49,795 bases of DNA from an uncultured Pseudobdellovibrionaceae bacterium (GCA_964409255.1 CAYPCP010000001.1:1-49795); one strand, 5' to 3'. Counted from the stretch's first letter, positions 16,656-25,914 are shown. Notes: generated from the letters alone by a model not told the origin. Numbers and translations are program-made.

Positions 16656-16994
16656 TTAATTGTCCTGCGGCGTCGCCGGATCGACGGGCGTCGTCTGCGC
16701 TTCGGCATCTTCCAGCGCGGAAGGCGCGGTGTTGCCAAATCCGCCGGACAACGTGCTGGTGTCCTGTGCCGGGGCGCCGGCGCCTGCTGCGCTTTCAATC
16801 GCGTTAAGCGTATCGGCGGACGGTTCCTGCGGCAATTCCGCGAATGCGTCCGTGGTTTCCGGTGCAACCGCCTGTGTGGCGGCGGCCAATGTCTCGGCGC
16901 GCTGATCGGCGATCCCGTCGGCGATATTGATCAGGGGAATGGCGGCCAGTGACAGCGCCATGACAGCCATGCAGAAAAATATAAAACGCACCAT
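16656..16994 (-). CDS. Hypothetical membrane-anchored or secreted acidic Ala/Pro-rich protein
   Basis: 112 aa with AGGAGAATAAC directly upstream of the ATG. N-terminal hydrophobic helix MVRFIFFCMAVMALSLAAIPL; the rest is low complexity. Confidence 0.55.
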   Translation of the reverse strand: MVRFIFFCMAVMALSLAAIPLINIADGIADQRAETLAAATQAVAPETTDAFAELPQEPSADTLNAIESAAGAGAPAQDTSTLSGGFGNTAPSALEDAEAQTTPVDPATPQDN

Positions 16995-17017
16995 GTTATT
17001 CTCCTCTTATTGCGATC

Positions 17018-17149
17018 CTAGAACGTGTCCTGGATCCATCCTCCGGCGTTTTCAACGTCGCGGCCCGCGCCTTCGAACGTATTGCTGCAACCGGATACAA
17101 AGCCACAAACCATGACAATAGCGAGAAGGGCGACAAAGGTTCTGGTCAT
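17018..17149 (-). CDS. Entericidin A/B-family small lipoprotein (43 aa; below the ORF-track size cutoff)
   Basis: Manual translation: MTRTFVALLAIVMVCGFVSGCSNTFEGAGRDVENAGGWIQDTF*. Lipobox VSGC, then N-T-.-.-G-.-G-.-D-V..aG..I as in EcnA/EcnB. AAGGAAG lies 7 nt upstream of the ATG. Confidence 0.7.
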   Translation of the reverse strand: MTRTFVALLAIVMVCGFVSGCSNTFEGAGRDVENAGGWIQDTF

Positions 17150-17299
17150 GAAAATCTTCCTTAATATGGTTGGTACAAAAAGATGTAACAAACACACGCC
17201 CGAAACGGAAGCTTTTACACGCCGGGAAGATTCGCCCTCCCACTCTTTAATTGTAGAGAATTAGCAGCTGGCGACACAAATTTCCATATTTATTTACAA

Positions 17300-17334
17300 A
17301 AACCCGAAAAGAACCGCAGGGGCGGCTTCGCCCC
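17300..17334 (-). terminator. Putative intrinsic terminator downstream of tRNA-Ala
   Basis: Stem GGGGCG (17319-17324) / CGCCCC (17329-17334) with loop GCTT. On the minus strand it is followed by a T-rich tract (TGCGGTTCTTTTCGGGTTTTT). Confidence 0.45.
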
Positions 17335-17374
17335 GGCTGCGATAATCTTTATCGATTGATATGTATGAGAAAAA

Positions 17375-17450
17375 TGGTGGAGACGAGGAGGATCGAACTC
17401 CCGACCTTCGCAATGCCATCGCGACGCTCTCCCAGCTGAGCTACGTCCCC
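17375..17450 (-). tRNA. tRNA-Ala (anticodon GGC)
   Basis: Reverse complement GGGGACGTAGCTCAGCTGGGAGAGCGTCGCGATGGCATTGCGAAGGTCGGGAGTTCGATCCTCCTCGTCTCCACCA folds as a 76-nt cloverleaf. G3:U70 Ala identity pair, anticodon loop AT-GGC-AT, GTTCGATCC T-loop, encoded CCA. Confidence 0.95.
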
Positions 17451-17502
17451 TTGCTGGATACAGGGCTGCAAAATAGGCAAAACCCGCCCGGAATACAAGC
17501 GT

Positions 17503-17527
17503 AAAAAAAGCGGCCCCGCAGGGCCGC
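17503..17527 (-). terminator. Rho-independent terminator of mscL
   Basis: Stem GCGGCCC (17510-17516) / GGGCCGC (17521-17527), 4-nt loop. On the minus strand a run of 7 T follows (A-run 17503-17509). It sits 12 nt after the mscL stop. Confidence 0.7.
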
Positions 17528-17538
17528 CTTCGAATGGT

Positions 17539-17943
17539 TTATTTCTTCAGGAGATCGCGGATCTCGGTCAGAAGCTTTACGTCCGCCGGCGGTTCTGCCG
17601 GGGCGGCGGCTTCCTGCTTCTTCAGGCGGTTGACCTGTTTGACCAGCATGAAGATCACGAAAGCCACGATCATGAAATTGATGACCGCGTTGATGAATAC
17701 ACCATAGGTGATGATCGGCGCGCCTGCGTCTTTTGCGGCTTTGAGATTGGCGTAGGTCTGGCCGTCCAGCGCGACGAATTTATCGGCGAAATCCACGCCG
17801 CTCGTCAAAACGCCGATGAGCGGCATGATCAGGTCGCCGACCATCGAATTGACGATCGCGGTAAATGCTGCGCCCATGATGATACCGACGGCCATGTCGA
17901 ATACGTTGCCGCGCGCAATAAAATCCCTAAATTCCTTAAGCAT
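17539..17943 (-). CDS. mscL: Large-conductance mechanosensitive channel MscL
   Basis: Internal ATG 17943 has AGGAGAC 5 nt upstream. [44 protein letters not shown]... is the canonical MscL N-terminus; 134 aa. The upstream 129 codons of the track ORF are Arg/Pro-rich and overlap the neighbouring gene. Confidence 0.95.
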   Translation of the reverse strand: MLKEFRDFIARGNVFDMAVGIIMGAAFTAIVNSMVGDLIMPLIGVLTSGVDFADKFVALDGQTYANLKAAKDAGAPIITYGVFINAVINFMIVAFVIFMLVKQVNRLKKQEAAAPAEPPADVKLLTEIRDLLKK

Positions 17944-18016
17944 AAAAAGTCTCCTGCAGGGGTGTGAAAGTTGCCCCACGCTATCCTCCCCGCGCAAAAC
18001 GGTCAAGAGCAGGGGG

Positions 18017-19066
18017 TCAACGCCCTTCCCAGGACAGGCGCTTGCGGTAGATGGTGGAAGGGGAGATTTCCAGCAGCGCGGCGGCTTGCGGCACATTGCC
18101 GCCGCATAGCTCGATGGCGTGTTCGATGGCGTCCTTTTCGCTGCGCCAGAGCGGCTGGATGGCGGGCCTGGCCGTCGCCGGCTCGCTGCGGGCGGGGGCG
18201 TGGCCCTGATGCTGCGCCGCCGCCTGACGCAGCCACCGCGCCTCGACATATGCCGCGTCGTGCAGCACGACGATCGACCGGATGGTGTTCTGCAGTTCGC
18301 GCACATTCCCCGGCCATGCATGCGCGACAAGAAAGGCCTCCGCCTCGCCGGAAAACCCGGTAAAGCTCTTGCCTTCCTCCGCCGTGTAAAGACGGAGATA
18401 ATAATCCGCCAGATCGAGGATATCCTCCGCCCGGCCCCGCAGCGGCGGCATCGTCACCGGCACGACGTGGAGCCGGTAATATAAATCCTGCCGGAACCGC
18501 CCGCTGGCGATATCGGCAACCGGATCGCGGTTGGTCGCGCAGATAATGCGCACGTCGCTTTTTTCCTCGCGGCTGCCGCCGACCTTGGTGTAGCTGAGGG
18601 TCTGGAGAAAGCGCAGCAATTTCGATTGCATCTCCGGCGCCATGTCGCAGATTTCATCGAGGAACAGGGTCCCGCCCTGCGCCCGTCGCACCGCGCCCTC
18701 GCGGTTTTCGATGGCGCCGGTGAACGCGCCTTTCACATGCCCGAACAATTCGGATTCCAGAAGGCCCGCCGGGATCGCGGCGCAGTTAAGGGCGACGAAC
18801 GGGCCGTCGGCCCGCGGCGATAAACGGTGGATGGTCTGCGCGCACACATCCTTTCCCGTGCCGGATTCCCCGGTAATGAACACGGTCGCCCGGCTGGGCG
18901 CGGCGCTTTCGATGATGTCGTAAAGATGCCGCATGGCGGCGGAGGTGCCGATAAAAAACGCGGATGGAACGGCGCCTTGTCCAGCCATGGAAGGAGGCAG
19001 GCTGGTTGCCTCTGTCGTGACGATACGGCGCGGCGCGGCCGCTCCGGCTCCTGTGTCTTCCCTCAC
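18017..19066 (-). CDS. Sigma54-dependent transcriptional activator (bEBP) without an N-terminal sensory/receiver domain
   Basis: [12 protein letters not shown] (Walker A), [15 protein letters not shown] (GAFTGA loop), LFLDEI (Walker B), C-terminal Fis-type [23 protein letters not shown]. Only ~45-70 aa precede the AAA+ core. The start is uncertain (GTG 19066 or ATG 18988). Confidence 0.9.
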   Translation of the reverse strand: MREDTGAGAAAPRRIVTTEATSLPPSMAGQGAVPSAFFIGTSAAMRHLYDIIESAAPSRATVFITGESGTGKDVCAQTIHRLSPRADGPFVALNCAAIPAGLLESELFGHVKGAFTGAIENREGAVRRAQGGTLFLDEICDMAPEMQSKLLRFLQTLSYTKVGGSREEKSDVRIICATNRDPVADIASGRFRQDLYYRLHVVPVTMPPLRGRAEDILDLADYYLRLYTAEEGKSFTGFSGEAEAFLVAHAWPGNVRELQNTIRSIVVLHDAAYVEARWLRQAAAQHQGHAPARSEPATARPAIQPLWRSEKDAIEHAIELCGGNVPQAAALLEISPSTIYRKRLSWEGR

Positions 19067-19188
19067 TCAAAACCCCCGGGGCGCATGCCCCATCAAATCA
19101 GATTGGTCACACAACCTTGAATTGATACCACTTTGTATTTTTTTTATGGCCTATACAAATTAGAATACAAATGTGTGACGAAACCATT

Positions 19189-19215
19189 AAAAAACCCGGC
19201 TTTTTACGGCCGGGT
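19189..19215 (-). terminator. Rho-independent terminator of the BI-1/YccA gene
   Basis: Stem ACCCGGC (19194-19200) / GCCGGGT (19209-19215), 8-nt loop. A T-run follows on the minus strand (A-run 19189-19194). It lies ~80 nt after the stop at 19294. Confidence 0.65.
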
Positions 19216-19293
19216 TTCTCAATTAATGATTGTGCATCGCACTATTAGTGAGTGGGCGATTCACGCTTATGTTTGCACAGAAGCGATCGCGCA

Positions 19294-20013
19294 CTATTCG
19301 CGGTTGCCCACGAAGTGCAGGATGTACTGGAAGATCGCGATAAAGCTGATGTACAGCGTCAGCGCCGCGGCCCAGGCCGAACGGTTGTTGGCGTCATCGC
19401 CGTACGACGCGGAATACATTTCCTTCGTCGTTTGCGTCTGCCACGCCGTCACGCCGGAGAAGGCCAGAAGGCCCAGACCCGCGATGATGTTCTGCATGCC
19501 CGACGTTTCGACGCCGAACAGGCCCGCGACCATCGTGCCGATGGCAAGGATGAACACGGCCCATACGCCCATCACGGCAAAGGTGCCCAGACCGTCGAGG
19601 TTTTTCTTCGTCACGTAACCGAAGACGCTCAATCCCCCGAACAAGGCGGCGGCCATGAAGAACGCGCGCGCGATGCTCTCACCCGTAAAGGCGAGAAGGA
19701 TGACCGAGAAGCTGATCCCGTACAGGACGCAGAGCGCGCCGAACGACAGGCGCAATGTTGACGGCTGCATCGTTTCAGGACGGAAGCCGAACCACACGAT
19801 AGCGAGCGGTGCGAGCATCACGATATACGCTTGCGGGCCGCCCATAAGCAGCGACAGAAGCGCCGGCGTGCTGGATACGAACCACGCCGTCAGCGCGGTG
19901 ATCAGGACGCCTACCGTCATCCGGTTGTAAACGCGCTGCATATGCGCGCGCAGACCGGCGTCATAGGACACGGCCCGCGATTCAGATGAGGTCGTAAAGT
20001 TATTCGGTTGCAT
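19294..20013 (-). CDS. Bax-inhibitor-1/YccA family membrane protein
   Basis: Preferred ATG 20013 (AGGAGAAAAAATACA upstream). MQPNNFTTSSESRAVSYDAGLRAHMQRVYNRMTVGVLITA..., seven hydrophobic segments, typical BI-1/YbhL layout. Confidence 0.85.
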   Translation of the reverse strand: MQPNNFTTSSESRAVSYDAGLRAHMQRVYNRMTVGVLITALTAWFVSSTPALLSLLMGGPQAYIVMLAPLAIVWFGFRPETMQPSTLRLSFGALCVLYGISFSVILLAFTGESIARAFFMAAALFGGLSVFGYVTKKNLDGLGTFAVMGVWAVFILAIGTMVAGLFGVETSGMQNIIAGLGLLAFSGVTAWQTQTTKEMYSASYGDDANNRSAWAAALTLYISFIAIFQYILHFVGNRE

Positions 20014-20122
20014 TGTATTTTTTCTCCTAACGCGGGGGGTTGGCCCGCTCTTCATAAATATATAGTGCCACGTTCAGATTCCAAGGGAAAACGGACACAG
20101 GCTTTCGTGTTTTTTCAGAGGC

Positions 20123-21211
20123 TTAGCGCACCCACGGATTCGACGGGCGGCGCCCGGCGAAACGCTGGCGCGTGGTCCAGTTGGCGCGGCCGTCGGCGGG
20201 TGCCTGAAACCGGTCGGCGTCATCCGCCCTTGCCTTGGGCGGCAGGGACGGGATCGGGGAGTGCGTCAATTGCGCAATCGCCCGCACGCGGTCCTGAATC
20301 GGCGGATGCGTGGCGAACAGCCCCAGAAACGGCTGGCGGTTTTCGATGCACATCATCTGGATATCGCCGGGCATGGCGGGAACGGCGTCCATCCCCGCGA
20401 TCCGCATCAACGCGCGCATCATGCCGTCGGGGTTTTTCGTCATCTGCACCGCGCCCGCGTCTGCCATGTATTCGCGGCGGCGCGACAGCGCGAACCGCAT
20501 GAACAGGGTTGCGAAATATCCCACCCACAGCACGATCAAAAGACCGAAGACGATCAAAAGCGCGCCGCCCCGGTTGTTGTTATTGCTGCCGGACGAGCGC
20601 GGAACATAAAGCGAGTAACGCATATTCGACCACAAAAGCTGCGCGGCAAACCCGAGCATCCCGGTGAAAATCACGCACACCATCATCAGCCGCACATCGC
20701 GGTTAAGGATGTGGGTAAGCTCATGCGCCAATACGGCCTCCAGCTCGTCCTTCGACAGCGACTGCATCAACCCGCGCGTGACGGTGACGCAATAACTGCG
20801 GTCGTCAATGCCGCTGGCGAACGCGTTCCTCGCGTGGCTTTCGATGATCTCCAGGCGCGGGGTTTTCATGCCCTGCGCGATGCAGAGATTTTCAAACAGG
20901 TTGTAAAGCGCCGGCTCCTGCGCCCGCGTGACGGGATACGAATGCGAGAGTTTTCGGATCATCGATCCATGGAACATCCACGAAATCATGAACCAGACGG
21001 CGACGACCGTTAAGATGACCGGCCAATATTGATAGACGAACGAAAAGGCGAAATCGCTGGCCGCGCCCATGTCGGGTGCGGATGCGGCGCTCGCGCCGAC
21101 AACGGCGGCCCCCGCCCAGATGACGGCGCCCAATATGAACGGATACGCCGCCAGAAGCGCGATGGATTTAAGATTATTGTTCCAGATATGCGTTTGAAGG
21201 CCGGCGGCCAT
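20123..21211 (-). CDS. M48-family (HtpX-like) zinc metallopeptidase
   Basis: 362 aa with TM helices and HELTHILNRD (HExxH). Adjacent to lemA, a common pairing. Confidence 0.85.
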   Translation of the reverse strand: MAAGLQTHIWNNNLKSIALLAAYPFILGAVIWAGAAVVGASAASAPDMGAASDFAFSFVYQYWPVILTVVAVWFMISWMFHGSMIRKLSHSYPVTRAQEPALYNLFENLCIAQGMKTPRLEIIESHARNAFASGIDDRSYCVTVTRGLMQSLSKDELEAVLAHELTHILNRDVRLMMVCVIFTGMLGFAAQLLWSNMRYSLYVPRSSGSNNNNRGGALLIVFGLLIVLWVGYFATLFMRFALSRRREYMADAGAVQMTKNPDGMMRALMRIAGMDAVPAMPGDIQMMCIENRQPFLGLFATHPPIQDRVRAIAQLTHSPIPSLPPKARADDADRFQAPADGRANWTTRQRFAGRRPSNPWVR

Positions 21212-21262
21212 ATTTTTAAAGGGCCTCAGGCGGGCAGGCCCGCGACGGCCGCGCTCCTAAAA

Positions 21263-21829
21263 TCAGGTTCCAAATTTAACTTCAGGCGGTTTGTTCAGGG
21301 TCTGGCGCTCCGCCTCATCCACTTCAAAGAAAGTTTCTTCGCGGAAACCGAATTTCGGCGCAATCACATTGGCCGGGAATTGCTGTACGGCGGTGTTATA
21401 TTCCGACGTGGCATTGTTGAAGAAACGCCGCGCCGCCGCGATCTTGTTTTCGATGTCGGACAATTCGCTCATCAGCTTTTGAAAATTCGCATCGGCCTTG
21501 AGGGCGGGATAATTCTCCGCGACCGCGTAAAATCCCGCCATGGCCCGGCCCATGATCGTTTCTGCGGCAAGGCGCTGCTCGGGTGTGGCGGCCTGCTGCA
21601 CGCCGGAACGGGCGGCGGTCACCTGTTGAAACAGGTTTGTCTCATGGGCCGCATAACCCTTGACCGTTTCCACCAGCGGCGGAACGAGATCCAGACGCTG
21701 TTTAAGCTGCACGTCGATATCCGAAAATGCCTGCCCCCGGTTCTGTCGTAACGCCACAAGCCGGTTGTAAATCGTGATGATGAACAGCACTAATGCCGCC
21801 AGAACGCCCAGAATAATAAGCCATTCCAT
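21263..21829 (-). CDS. lemA: LemA family protein
   Basis: 188 aa. N-terminal TM MEWLIILGVLAALVLFIITIYNRLV, then ...IDVQLKQRLDLVPPLVETVKGYAAHE...YPALKADANFQKLMSEL...RRFFN, typical of LemA. Confidence 0.9.
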   Translation of the reverse strand: MEWLIILGVLAALVLFIITIYNRLVALRQNRGQAFSDIDVQLKQRLDLVPPLVETVKGYAAHETNLFQQVTAARSGVQQAATPEQRLAAETIMGRAMAGFYAVAENYPALKADANFQKLMSELSDIENKIAAARRFFNNATSEYNTAVQQFPANVIAPKFGFREETFFEVDEAERQTLNKPPEVKFGT

Positions 21830-21915
21830 GATATCTCTCCTTTGGCAAAATCTGGTGCAGTGTAACAGAACATCAAGCCTTTGTATGGTTTTTTAAACGG
21901 TCTATACTGGCGGCC

Positions 21916-23148
21916 ATGACGTCCTTGTTTACATCCACCCGATTTGCCAGCGCCGCCTCCGACGGGACCGACTGGCGCGACACCAGCAAGAAAGTGCTCG
22001 AAACGCTCTCCGGCGCGCGGACGCCGGGCGATCGTTTCAATCTGGGTTTTATTTATATCTCCGATCTTCTCGCCGAAGACGCGCAGAGCATCCTGTCGCT
22101 TTTCAAATCGGTGACGGGCATCGACAACTGGATCGGCTCCTGCGGCATGGCGGTGGCGGGGTGCGGCGAAGCCTTCGTCGACCGGCCCGCGATCAGCGCG
22201 ATGATCGCGCATATCGATCCCGGCCATTACCACACGTTCTTTGCCGAAACCTCCGAACACAACGAAATCAAAAAAGGCGTCAAGCCGTGGCTGGAAAAAC
22301 ACGATCCGATGCTGGTCGTGATGCACGGCAATTCGATCACCGAACGCAACCCCGATTTTTCCATCTCCCTGATCGCGCAGCATCTGGGCGGGTTTGTGGC
22401 GGGCGGGCTGACGTCTGCGCGTCAGCGTCACGTGCATTTCGCCACCGACCCGCGTGAGGAAGGGTTCAGCGGCGCGGTCTTCTCCACCGATATCGCGGTG
22501 AGCGCCGCGATGAGCCAGGGCTGCATCCCCATCAGCGACACGATGACCATCACCAAGGCCGACGGCCATGTCATCATGGAGATCGACGGCAAGAAACCTT
22601 TCGACGTCTTCAGCGATACGCTGCGCGAGATGGCCCGCAAAAAAACCGGCAAGGACCCCAACGATATCCTGATGAAGGTGGCGGGCGGCGCGCCCGACAT
22701 CCCCGAAGACCTGCGTGCGCTGTTCAAGGGCGAGGTGCATATCGCGCTGCCCGTCGCCGGCAGCGATACGCAGGATTACATGGTGCGCGATATCGTCGGC
22801 ATCGATCCCGACGAAGGCGTGATGGCCGTGGCGCAGAAAATGGAATCCGGCGACCGCATCATGTTCGTCCACCGCGACGACGATACGGTGCGCGCCGACC
22901 TGACCCAGATGCTGCTGTCTTTGCGCGACCGCACGCTGCATGAACGCGGCGTCTTCGCGCCGCTGGGCGCGCTGTATTTTTCCTGTATCGCCCGCGCGCA
23001 GATGCCGTTCACGGTCGATGGCCGCGACGAACTGGCGCTGGTGCGCGAGGTGATCGGCGATATTCCCCTGACGGGTTTTTATGCCAATGGCGAAATCGTG
23101 GGCGGGCGGCTGTACCGCTATACAGGCGTTTTAATCCTGTTCCTGTAA
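21916..23148 (+). CDS. FIST (N+C) domain signal-transduction protein
   Basis: 410 aa with FIST-like layout. The C-terminal ...LTGFYANGEI... ending is typical of FIST_C. Confidence 0.75.
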   Translation: MTSLFTSTRFASAASDGTDWRDTSKKVLETLSGARTPGDRFNLGFIYISDLLAEDAQSILSLFKSVTGIDNWIGSCGMAVAGCGEAFVDRPAISAMIAHIDPGHYHTFFAETSEHNEIKKGVKPWLEKHDPMLVVMHGNSITERNPDFSISLIAQHLGGFVAGGLTSARQRHVHFATDPREEGFSGAVFSTDIAVSAAMSQGCIPISDTMTITKADGHVIMEIDGKKPFDVFSDTLREMARKKTGKDPNDILMKVAGGAPDIPEDLRALFKGEVHIALPVAGSDTQDYMVRDIVGIDPDEGVMAVAQKMESGDRIMFVHRDDDTVRADLTQMLLSLRDRTLHERGVFAPLGALYFSCIARAQMPFTVDGRDELALVREVIGDIPLTGFYANGEIVGGRLYRYTGVLILFL

Positions 23149-23222
23149 CTTCTTCAGAGTTTGCCCTGAATACAGGGATAGCTTAAGATACGAAGATCAC
23201 TCACCCAAAGGGACCGCCTTCC

Positions 23223-24071
23223 ATGATGCTCCTCCGCCTTTCCGTTTTCCTGCTGGCCTTGTCACTTCCGGCGATGGCTTTCGCCCAGAACGCGACCAAA
23301 CTTCCCGAAGTGCCCGCCGCCATTCAGGACCTCGTCGATCGCGGCGCGCAGATCCGCTATCTGGGCAAAAAACACGGCATGGACGGCTGGATCACGATCT
23401 ATCAGGGGCAGGAGCAATATTATTACGTCACCCCCGACAAACAGGGGTTCGTGATGGGCGTCCTGTTCGACAAGGACGGCGCGATGGCCACCGTCGAACA
23501 GGTGCGTAAGCTGCAGGCCGAAGGCGGCGATGTGCTCGACTTCCTCGCGATGGATGCGCCCGCCAAGCCCGAACCCGCCCTGAAATCCGTCGGTGATGTG
23601 AAAAATCCCGCCACCCCGGCTGAAAAAATGCTGGCCGACGTCGAAAACAGCAATTCGATCGCGCTGGGCAATAAAGACGCGCCGGTCATCTATTCCTTCG
23701 TCGATCCGAACTGCCCGCACTGCCATGATTTCATGAACGACCTGCGCAAGGACTATATCGAAAAAGGCCTGATCCAGGTGCGCATCATCCCGGTCGGTTT
23801 CAACGAAATGTCGCTCTCTCAGGCCGCTTTCCTGCTGGCCGCGCCCGATGCCGCGGACCGCTGGTTCAAGCATCTCGATGGCGACACGGCGGCCCTGCCG
23901 ACCGACAGCAATGTCAGCACCCAGGGCGTTCAGAAAAATCTCGCCCTGATGCAGGCGTGGAAATTCACCGTCACGCCGCTTTCGGTTTACAAGGGCCGCA
24001 ACGGCGATATCAAGATCGTCCGGGGCCGGGTGAAGGACCTCAACGCCCTTTTGGCCGATCTGCCGTCGTAA
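23223..24071 (+). CDS. Periplasmic thiol:disulfide interchange protein, DsbC/DsbG-like
   Basis: Signal peptide MMLLRLSVFLLALSLPAMAFA. N-terminal dimerisation-like region (IRYLGKKHGMDGWITIY...YYVTPDKQGFVMGVLFDKDG). Thioredoxin fold with the CPHC active site (FVDPNCPHCHDF). Confidence 0.75.
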   Translation: MMLLRLSVFLLALSLPAMAFAQNATKLPEVPAAIQDLVDRGAQIRYLGKKHGMDGWITIYQGQEQYYYVTPDKQGFVMGVLFDKDGAMATVEQVRKLQAEGGDVLDFLAMDAPAKPEPALKSVGDVKNPATPAEKMLADVENSNSIALGNKDAPVIYSFVDPNCPHCHDFMNDLRKDYIEKGLIQVRIIPVGFNEMSLSQAAFLLAAPDAADRWFKHLDGDTAALPTDSNVSTQGVQKNLALMQAWKFTVTPLSVYKGRNGDIKIVRGRVKDLNALLADLPS

Positions 24072-24184
24072 AACCCGCCTTCCATAGGCTTTGACGGGCA
24101 CGGCAAAGGGACATAATATAGTGTCCCGAAGCGGGCCGTGTCGGTTTCCGCCATAAATGTGAGAGTTTTCTAAAAACACCCGCC

Positions 24185-25303
24185 ATGGCCATGGACCAAC
24201 GAAGCGCCTTCCTCATCGAACTCCTCGACAAGCTCGGCGTCCCGCTGATGGAAGCGGTGCAGGCGCATTCCCGCCCGGATTCACCGCCGGCGCAGGAAGC
24301 GGGCACGCTGGCCGCGCTGCTGGGGCAATCGGTGCAGCTCGGCCTGTCCGTGGCACAAAAGCTCGATCTTCGTGAAGGGCAGGGGGATGCCGACGCCGTC
24401 CGTCTGGCGCTGGCCGCGATGTCCGCCAAGCTGGTGGGCGAAAGCTACCGCCTTCAGGGCCGCGTCCCGGCGGAAAACGATACCGCGCGCCTGACCCGCG
24501 CACTCGAAGCCGTGCTGACATTTGCCGACAATTTCACCCCCTCCGCCGAACATACCGCCCGTCTGCGCACCGCGGGCGCGGAAAAGCCGCTTTTCGACAT
24601 GGCGCAAAGCCAGGTTTTTTACCTGAGCGCGATGGAGCCTGTCCTCGGCGCGATCGCGGAATTCCCCTTCGGCCAGAACGAAACGGCGATGATCCAGACG
24701 ACCGCCGAACGGCTGCAGCAACGCGCCGCCATGCTGCGCGAGGCGATGATCGGCGCGTCCGCCGAAAAGGCCGAAAGCAGCTTCGCCGAATTGATGATAT
24801 TGCAGTCTCTGGCCCGGATTTACGCCGATTGCCACCGTGGCGAAACCGCCCGTGTGGCGGCCTCGAACGGGGATGTCAGCCCGTCCGTGGACCCGGTGTG
24901 GAAAGCGTTCGATCTGCGTCTGGCCATGCTGGAAACGCTGCTGAATGTTGCGGTTCCGGGCGATGCGCCAGAGGCCGCCGCGCCCCCGCCCCCGCAGCAA
25001 AACGTGCCCATCAATCCCCCCGCTCAGATGACGGTCCCGGCCCCTGAAATGGTGCAGCCGGAACCTGTCCCAATGCCGCAGCAAAACCTCGCCCCGGTGC
25101 AGCAATCCGCCCCTGCGGCCCCGCCCGCCGCCGGCGGCCCGATGGGCTTTTTTGCAAAAAAACCGGCCGATGCGGTACCGTCGGCTCCGCCGGTGCAAAA
25201 CGATCAACCTGCGGCGCCTGCCGCCCCGTCCGCGCCGCCCGAACCGGGTAATCCGATGTCCTTCTTCAAGGGCGGCAAAAAGGACGAATCTTCCGGCCAA
25301 TAG
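24185..25303 (+). CDS. Hypothetical protein (helical N-terminal half, Pro/Ala/Gln-rich C-terminal half)
   Basis: 372 aa. The plus-strand frame reads like protein, while the antisense 24281..25369 frame is Arg/Gly/His-rich noise. Repeated PMGFFAKKP / PMSFFKGGKK motifs near the C-terminus. No family recognised. Confidence 0.65.
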   Translation: MAMDQRSAFLIELLDKLGVPLMEAVQAHSRPDSPPAQEAGTLAALLGQSVQLGLSVAQKLDLREGQGDADAVRLALAAMSAKLVGESYRLQGRVPAENDTARLTRALEAVLTFADNFTPSAEHTARLRTAGAEKPLFDMAQSQVFYLSAMEPVLGAIAEFPFGQNETAMIQTTAERLQQRAAMLREAMIGASAEKAESSFAELMILQSLARIYADCHRGETARVAASNGDVSPSVDPVWKAFDLRLAMLETLLNVAVPGDAPEAAAPPPPQQNVPINPPAQMTVPAPEMVQPEPVPMPQQNLAPVQQSAPAAPPAAGGPMGFFAKKPADAVPSAPPVQNDQPAAPAAPSAPPEPGNPMSFFKGGKKDESSGQ

Positions 25304-25340
25304 ATAAAATTTTAAGTATTTTGAGATAGAGTAATTAAAT

Positions 25341-25760
25341 ATGACAAAAATCCTTGCCGCATGCCTCATGCTCGCTGCGCAGACCTACGCGGTCCCGCCG
25401 GCGGTGCTCGTGGGCATCCATCAGGTCGAAGGCGGCAAGATCGGGCAGGCGGTCGGCCCCAATGAAAACGGCACCTATGACCTCGGCCCGATGCAGATCA
25501 ACACCCTCTGGATCCCCGAACTGTCCCAGAACTGGGGCGTCAGCGAACAAACCGCCCTCAAATGGGTGCGGGACGATCCCTGTACAAATATGGGGGTCGC
25601 CGCATGGATCCTGCGCGGCCATATCGACGAAACCAAATCCCTGTCCAAGGCGATCGCGCATTATCATTCCCGCACGCCGCATCATGGCTCCGCCTATAAA
25701 TCCAAGGTCGTGAGCGCCATGCGCAGCAAAGGCCTGATCCGCGACAGCGCCACCCGCTGA
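25341..25760 (+). CDS. Secretion-system-associated lytic transglycosylase (SLT/VirB1-like)
   Basis: Signal peptide MTKILAACLMLAAQTYA. HQVEGGKIGQAVGPNENGTYDLGPMQINTLWIPEL matches the E...N.NG(S/T).D.G.MQIN pattern of VirB1/TrbN-type muramidases. Confidence 0.8.
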   Translation: MTKILAACLMLAAQTYAVPPAVLVGIHQVEGGKIGQAVGPNENGTYDLGPMQINTLWIPELSQNWGVSEQTALKWVRDDPCTNMGVAAWILRGHIDETKSLSKAIAHYHSRTPHHGSAYKSKVVSAMRSKGLIRDSATR

Positions 25761-25914
25761 CCCCGTTACGTCCAATTTGCCAAACCCGCCGGAAAAGTCA
25801 TACGATGGGGTCGCAATTGATTGAAAACAGACCATTTAACCTGTTGGCAAAACGGCGCAGACCGCTTGTGGTGCAATGGGTTAGGGGATAGTCTGCTAAA
25901 GGTTTAACCATCTA

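Noticed and set aside
17375-17450. tRNA-Ala as the attachment site of a genomic island carrying the T4BSS or the fibre operon
   Set aside because: I found no integrase, recombinase, direct repeat of the tRNA 3' end or mobility gene anywhere in the window. Ordinary housekeeping genes lie on both sides of the tRNA.
17944-18330. 129-codon N-terminal extension of the mscL ORF in the track (17539..18330)
   Set aside because: The extension is Arg/Pro/Ser-rich and overlaps the 3' end of the sigma54 activator gene. The internal ATG 17943 has a strong RBS and gives a canonical full-length MscL.
21790-22941. 383-aa minus-strand ORF; likewise 23262..24179, 24281..25369, 28833..29927, 14214..15125, 13243..13965 and 15379..16371
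   Set aside because: They are antisense or alternative frames of genes with clear family motifs or signal peptides (FIST, DsbC/G-like, the 372-aa protein, TcpQ-like, mltA, Tim44-like, O-antigen ligase). Their compositions are Arg/His/Gly-dominated.
25845-25860. Sigma54-like TGGCAA-N5-CGCA upstream of dotD, and other TGGCAC hits (24350, 28510, 29435, 35733)
   Set aside because: The GG-N10-GC spacing or the -12 TTGC element is not satisfied. Most hits also lie inside coding sequence or on the wrong strand. Only the flgK site matches the full consensus.
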